Notes under the pieces: model-generated
Told to the model about the DNA's origin: nothing
Databases searched by the model: none
Seen by the model: the letters and a program-made list of their open reading frames with translations, nothing else
Source: Candidatus Saccharimonadota bacterium
Lineage (GTDB): Bacteria > Patescibacteriota > Saccharimonadia > Saccharimonadales > JACDBH01
Assembly: GCA_013694995.1 (NCBI GenBank)
Contig: JACDBH010000001.1
Location: 66,145 to 130,144, forward strand
Length of the DNA: 64,000 nt
Direction: 5' to 3'
Translations under genes and position numbers: made by a program
Shown here: positions 60,308 to 64,000 of the stretch, in pieces
Layout: each line of letters begins with the position of its first letter
Position numbering within the stretch: the stretch's first letter is position 1

Positions 60308-62857
60308 ATGGACGAAACCGAAAGACGCATGAAGCCGATTGATCCACTGAACCACTCCAAGACGATGGTTTTAAGGTCAGTTGAAGATGAGATGGAGACT
60401 AGTTACCTGCAATATTCGATGAGCGTTATTGTAGCCCGGGCACTACCAGACGTCCGTGACGGCCTCAAGCCGGTCCACCGCCGTATTTTGTACGTTATGG
60501 ACAAGACAGGGCTTCGCAGCACCGGAAAGCATACCAAGAGCGCCCAGATAGTTGGAGAAGTCATGGGTAAGTACCATCCGCATGGCGACACGGCGATTTA
60601 TGACTCCATGGTACGCCTAGCACAGCCGTTCAGCACTCGCTATATGCTGGTTGACGGCCAGGGTAACTTTGGTTCGATGGATGGGGACCCGCCTGCTGCC
60701 TACCGCTATACCGAAGCTCGTATGACAAAGGCATCAGAGGCCATGATCGAAGACATCGATAAGGATACAGTGCCGTTTAGAGACAACTTCGACGGATCAC
60801 AGCAAGAACCCGAGGTATTACCGGCCAAGCTACCTAATCTTCTTTTGAACGGGCAAGTCGGTATCGCTGTCGGTATGGCGACCAGCATCCCACCCCATAA
60901 CCTCGGTGAGTTAGTAGACGCTACCGTAACCCAGATAGATAATCCCGACGCTACCTTAGATGATCTGATGAAACACGTCAAAGGTCCGGATTTTCCAACC
61001 GGCGGCATCATCTATGGTAAAGAGTCGATAAGAACTGCATTTGCGACCGGCCGCGGTGGCGTTATAGTCCGCGGCGTCGCTAACATCGAAGAAACCAGCA
61101 AAAACCGTCAGCGGATAATAATCAGCGAGATTCCTTATGCTGTAAACAAGGCCGGACTGGTCGAAAAGATTGCCGACCTTGTTAAGGATAAGAAAGTCAA
61201 TGGTATATCGGATATACGGGACGAAAGTGCTCGTGGCTCTGTCAGGGTTGTTATCGATCTTAAGAAAGACGCCTACCCTAAGAAACTTCTCAACCAGCTC
61301 TATAAACTGACACCGCTACAGACGGCCTTTCACTACAACATGTTGGCGCTTATCGATGGTATACAGCCTCGCGTCCTCGGTCTGCAAGATATTATCCAAG
61401 AATACCTGAAGCATCGCCAGATAGTAGTACGTCGGCGGACTGAGTTTGAACTTCGTAAAGCGAAAGATCGGGCTCATATCCTTGAAGGACTTAAGATTGC
61501 CCTGGACCACATCGATGAAGTAATCGCTACTATCCGCGCTTCACAGACAACAGACGAGGCCCAGGCTAATTTAATCAAGAAGTTTACTTTGACCGAGATT
61601 CAGGCCAAAGCAATCCTAGCTATGCAACTTCGTACGCTCGCAGGATTGGAACGGCAGAAGATAGAAGACGAGCTAGCTGAACTTCTCAAGATTATTGCCA
61701 GCCTCGAAGGGATCCTGAATAGTGAAAAGGAAATATTCAAGATAATCCGGGCAGAATTATTGGAGATGAAAAAGCAGTTCGGAGATGCACGCCGCACGGT
61801 TGTCGTACCGCAGGAATTAGGCAAGTTATCTGACGAAGATCTGGTTCCGGATGAACAGGTTGTTGTAACTCTTACAGCGAATAATTACATCAAGCGTAGT
61901 TCGATTACAGATTACAAAAAGCAAGGTAGGGGGGGTAAAGGCCGAAGGGGCATGGCTACGAGGGAGGAAGATGTGATTGATCATGTTGTTAATACCTCAA
62001 CGCATGACTACCTGTTATTCTTCACAAACAAGGGTAGGGTATTCCGACTAAAAACTTATGAAGTACCCGCCGTTGGATTAAATGCCAAAGGCATAGCAAT
62101 TGTTAACCTATTGCAATTACAACCAGAGGAAACCGTCAGCGCTGTCATTAACGTCAGTAAGACTGTCGAAGCCGGGCATCTGATGATGTGTACTGTCAGG
62201 GGCGTCGTCAAGAAGACACCGTTTGAACAGTACAAAAATGTTCGTAACAGCGGGCTAATCACTATAAACTTGGATCAAGGTGATGAACTGAAGTGGATCC
62301 GAACTACCAGCGGCGACAATGAGGTGGTTATCAGTACTTCCCAGGGGCAGGCAATTCGTTTTCACGAAAAGGACGTTCGCCCGATGGGGCGTACCTCCAG
62401 GGGTGTCCGTGGTATCCGACTTCGCAGCGAAGACCGGGTAATTGGCATGGATATAGTCGAGACAGACACCAGTATATTCGTAATCTCGGAGTTCGGTTAT
62501 GGCAAGCGGACCAAAATCTCGCAGTTTACGGCTCATGCCCGTGGTGGTGTCGGTATCCGTTCGGCTGTTGTTAACAAAAAGACAGGTAATCTTGTGAGCG
62601 TCAAAGCGCTTACTGAGGCTGCTAATGAGGTCATCATCATTTCGACCCAAGGCCAGACTATTAGGCTTGGTCTCAAGGATATCCCTGAGCTTGGTCGGGC
62701 TACCCAAGGTGTCCGCATTATGCGCCTCAATGACAACGACAATGTTGCCTCATTAGCGTTACTTGATAAGTCTCTTGAGGTAGGTGAAGACGAAGAGATG
62801 GAAGATGACGGCTCGCCGGAAGTGGCTGCAACTAAGACAACCCCAATTACTGAATAG
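60308..62857 (+). CDS. gyrA: DNA gyrase subunit A
   Basis: [21 protein letters not shown], GyrA box QGRGGKG. Confidence 0.98.
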   Translation: MDETERRMKPIDPLNHSKTMVLRSVEDEMETSYLQYSMSVIVARALPDVRDGLKPVHRRILYVMDKTGLRSTGKHTKSAQIVGEVMGKYHPHGDTAIYDSMVRLAQPFSTRYMLVDGQGNFGSMDGDPPAAYRYTEARMTKASEAMIEDIDKDTVPFRDNFDGSQQEPEVLPAKLPNLLLNGQVGIAVGMATSIPPHNLGELVDATVTQIDNPDATLDDLMKHVKGPDFPTGGIIYGKESIRTAFATGRGGVIVRGVANIEETSKNRQRIIISEIPYAVNKAGLVEKIADLVKDKKVNGISDIRDESARGSVRVVIDLKKDAYPKKLLNQLYKLTPLQTAFHYNMLALIDGIQPRVLGLQDIIQEYLKHRQIVVRRRTEFELRKAKDRAHILEGLKIALDHIDEVIATIRASQTTDEAQANLIKKFTLTEIQAKAILAMQLRTLAGLERQKIEDELAELLKIIASLEGILNSEKEIFKIIRAELLEMKKQFGDARRTVVVPQELGKLSDEDLVPDEQVVVTLTANNYIKRSSITDYKKQGRGGKGRRGMATREEDVIDHVVNTSTHDYLLFFTNKGRVFRLKTYEVPAVGLNAKGIAIVNLLQLQPEETVSAVINVSKTVEAGHLMMCTVRGVVKKTPFEQYKNVRNSGLITINLDQGDELKWIRTTSGDNEVVISTSQGQAIRFHEKDVRPMGRTSRGVRGIRLRSEDRVIGMDIVETDTSIFVISEFGYGKRTKISQFTAHARGGVGIRSAVVNKKTGNLVSVKALTEAANEVIIISTQGQTIRLGLKDIPELGRATQGVRIMRLNDNDNVASLALLDKSLEVGEDEEMEDDGSPEVAATKTTPITE

Positions 62858-62951
62858 AGCCCAGTCAGTTAACCCTCTAAACTTTTCTACCGATCTTAAT
62901 AGCTCTAGGAAGTTTTATTCTTTCTATATTAAGTACTATAATTCAATTATT

Positions 62952-63242
62952 ATGATAGTAAGAAGTAAGTCAGTCGTAGCACTGGTTCTTATTGCCGCTG
63001 CAGTGGTAGGGCTTGGAGCTTGGTATTTACTGAAAGACCAAGAAAACCCGAGCCTAATTAGCCCAAACCAACAGGTTCCTTCACAGCAGGAAATTCCCGG
63101 TACACAACTCGAAGCTAATACGGAAACCAATGAACAACTAGAAGCATGCTTGAAAGCAGTTGACTCGCAAGAAAAATCTTTTGAAGCCACCGACACTCTG
63201 CTTCAAGAATACGCCCAAGACTGTTATGACAAGTATCGCTAG
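62952..63242 (+). CDS. Small exported or membrane-anchored hypothetical protein
   Basis: Hydrophobic N-terminus, two C-terminal Cys. Confidence 0.65.
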   Translation: MIVRSKSVVALVLIAAAVVGLGAWYLLKDQENPSLISPNQQVPSQQEIPGTQLEANTETNEQLEACLKAVDSQEKSFEATDTLLQEYAQDCYDKYR

Positions 63243-63307
63243 ATTGCTTATGATTTTCCAGGGGTAAGCATAATGCTTTTGTTACAACAGATTCTGCCGT
63301 GTTGCTC

Positions 63308-63394
63308 TTGACTGACGACCTAAGAGCAGGTAGTATTGGATGAGCACTTTTAGAGGTTTCTGTTATGTTGTCTCTAAAAAAGCTCCTTAAAAAC
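63308..63394 (+). promoter_or_regulatory. rRNA promoter and boxA-like element
   Basis: TTGACT-17-TAGTAT at 63308-63336; gctccttaaaaac at 63382-63394. Confidence 0.7.
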
Positions 63395-63525
63395 TAGGAT
63401 AGTGCAAATCAACGTCAGTTTTTTTGAATTGTTTTTAATAGAGACGTTTAGGGTTTACCCTGGACAGTCTCAAGTCAGTTTCGACTGATGCTAATGACAA
63501 ATTCTTTTTCTAGAGCAATCTAGAT

Positions 63526-64000
<475 letters not shown>

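Overview
A 64-kb chromosomal window from a Saccharibacteria-like (Patescibacteria/CPR) bacterium, judged from gene content, compact gene order and the 16S 5' end. Most genes are on the + strand. It holds housekeeping genes (rpsF-ssb-rpsR, efp, tlyA, ychF, ndk, tgt, thrS, miaA, rpmB, infC-rpmI-rplT, gyrBA), a complete type IV pilus cluster, a Xer-type recombinase, comM, a VirD4-like ATPase, six tRNAs, RNase P RNA, a T-box leader and the start of a 16S rRNA gene. An accessory block at 8.2-13.7 kb encodes Actinobacteria-like surface proteins. The main observation is that two adjacent LPXTG surface-protein genes each sit behind their own promoter and are bracketed by homologous, covarying long-range inverted repeats preceded by a boxA-like motif, like an rRNA processing stalk around an mRNA. 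A GIY-YIG gene is similarly looped out by a 24-bp stem at the xer start. Several families of palindromic or heptamer elements occupy intergenic spaces, tRNA flanks, RNase P RNA and coding regions; two of them form short ORFs bridging pilB-pilT-pilC. All calls come from reading the sequence by eye, with no database searches.
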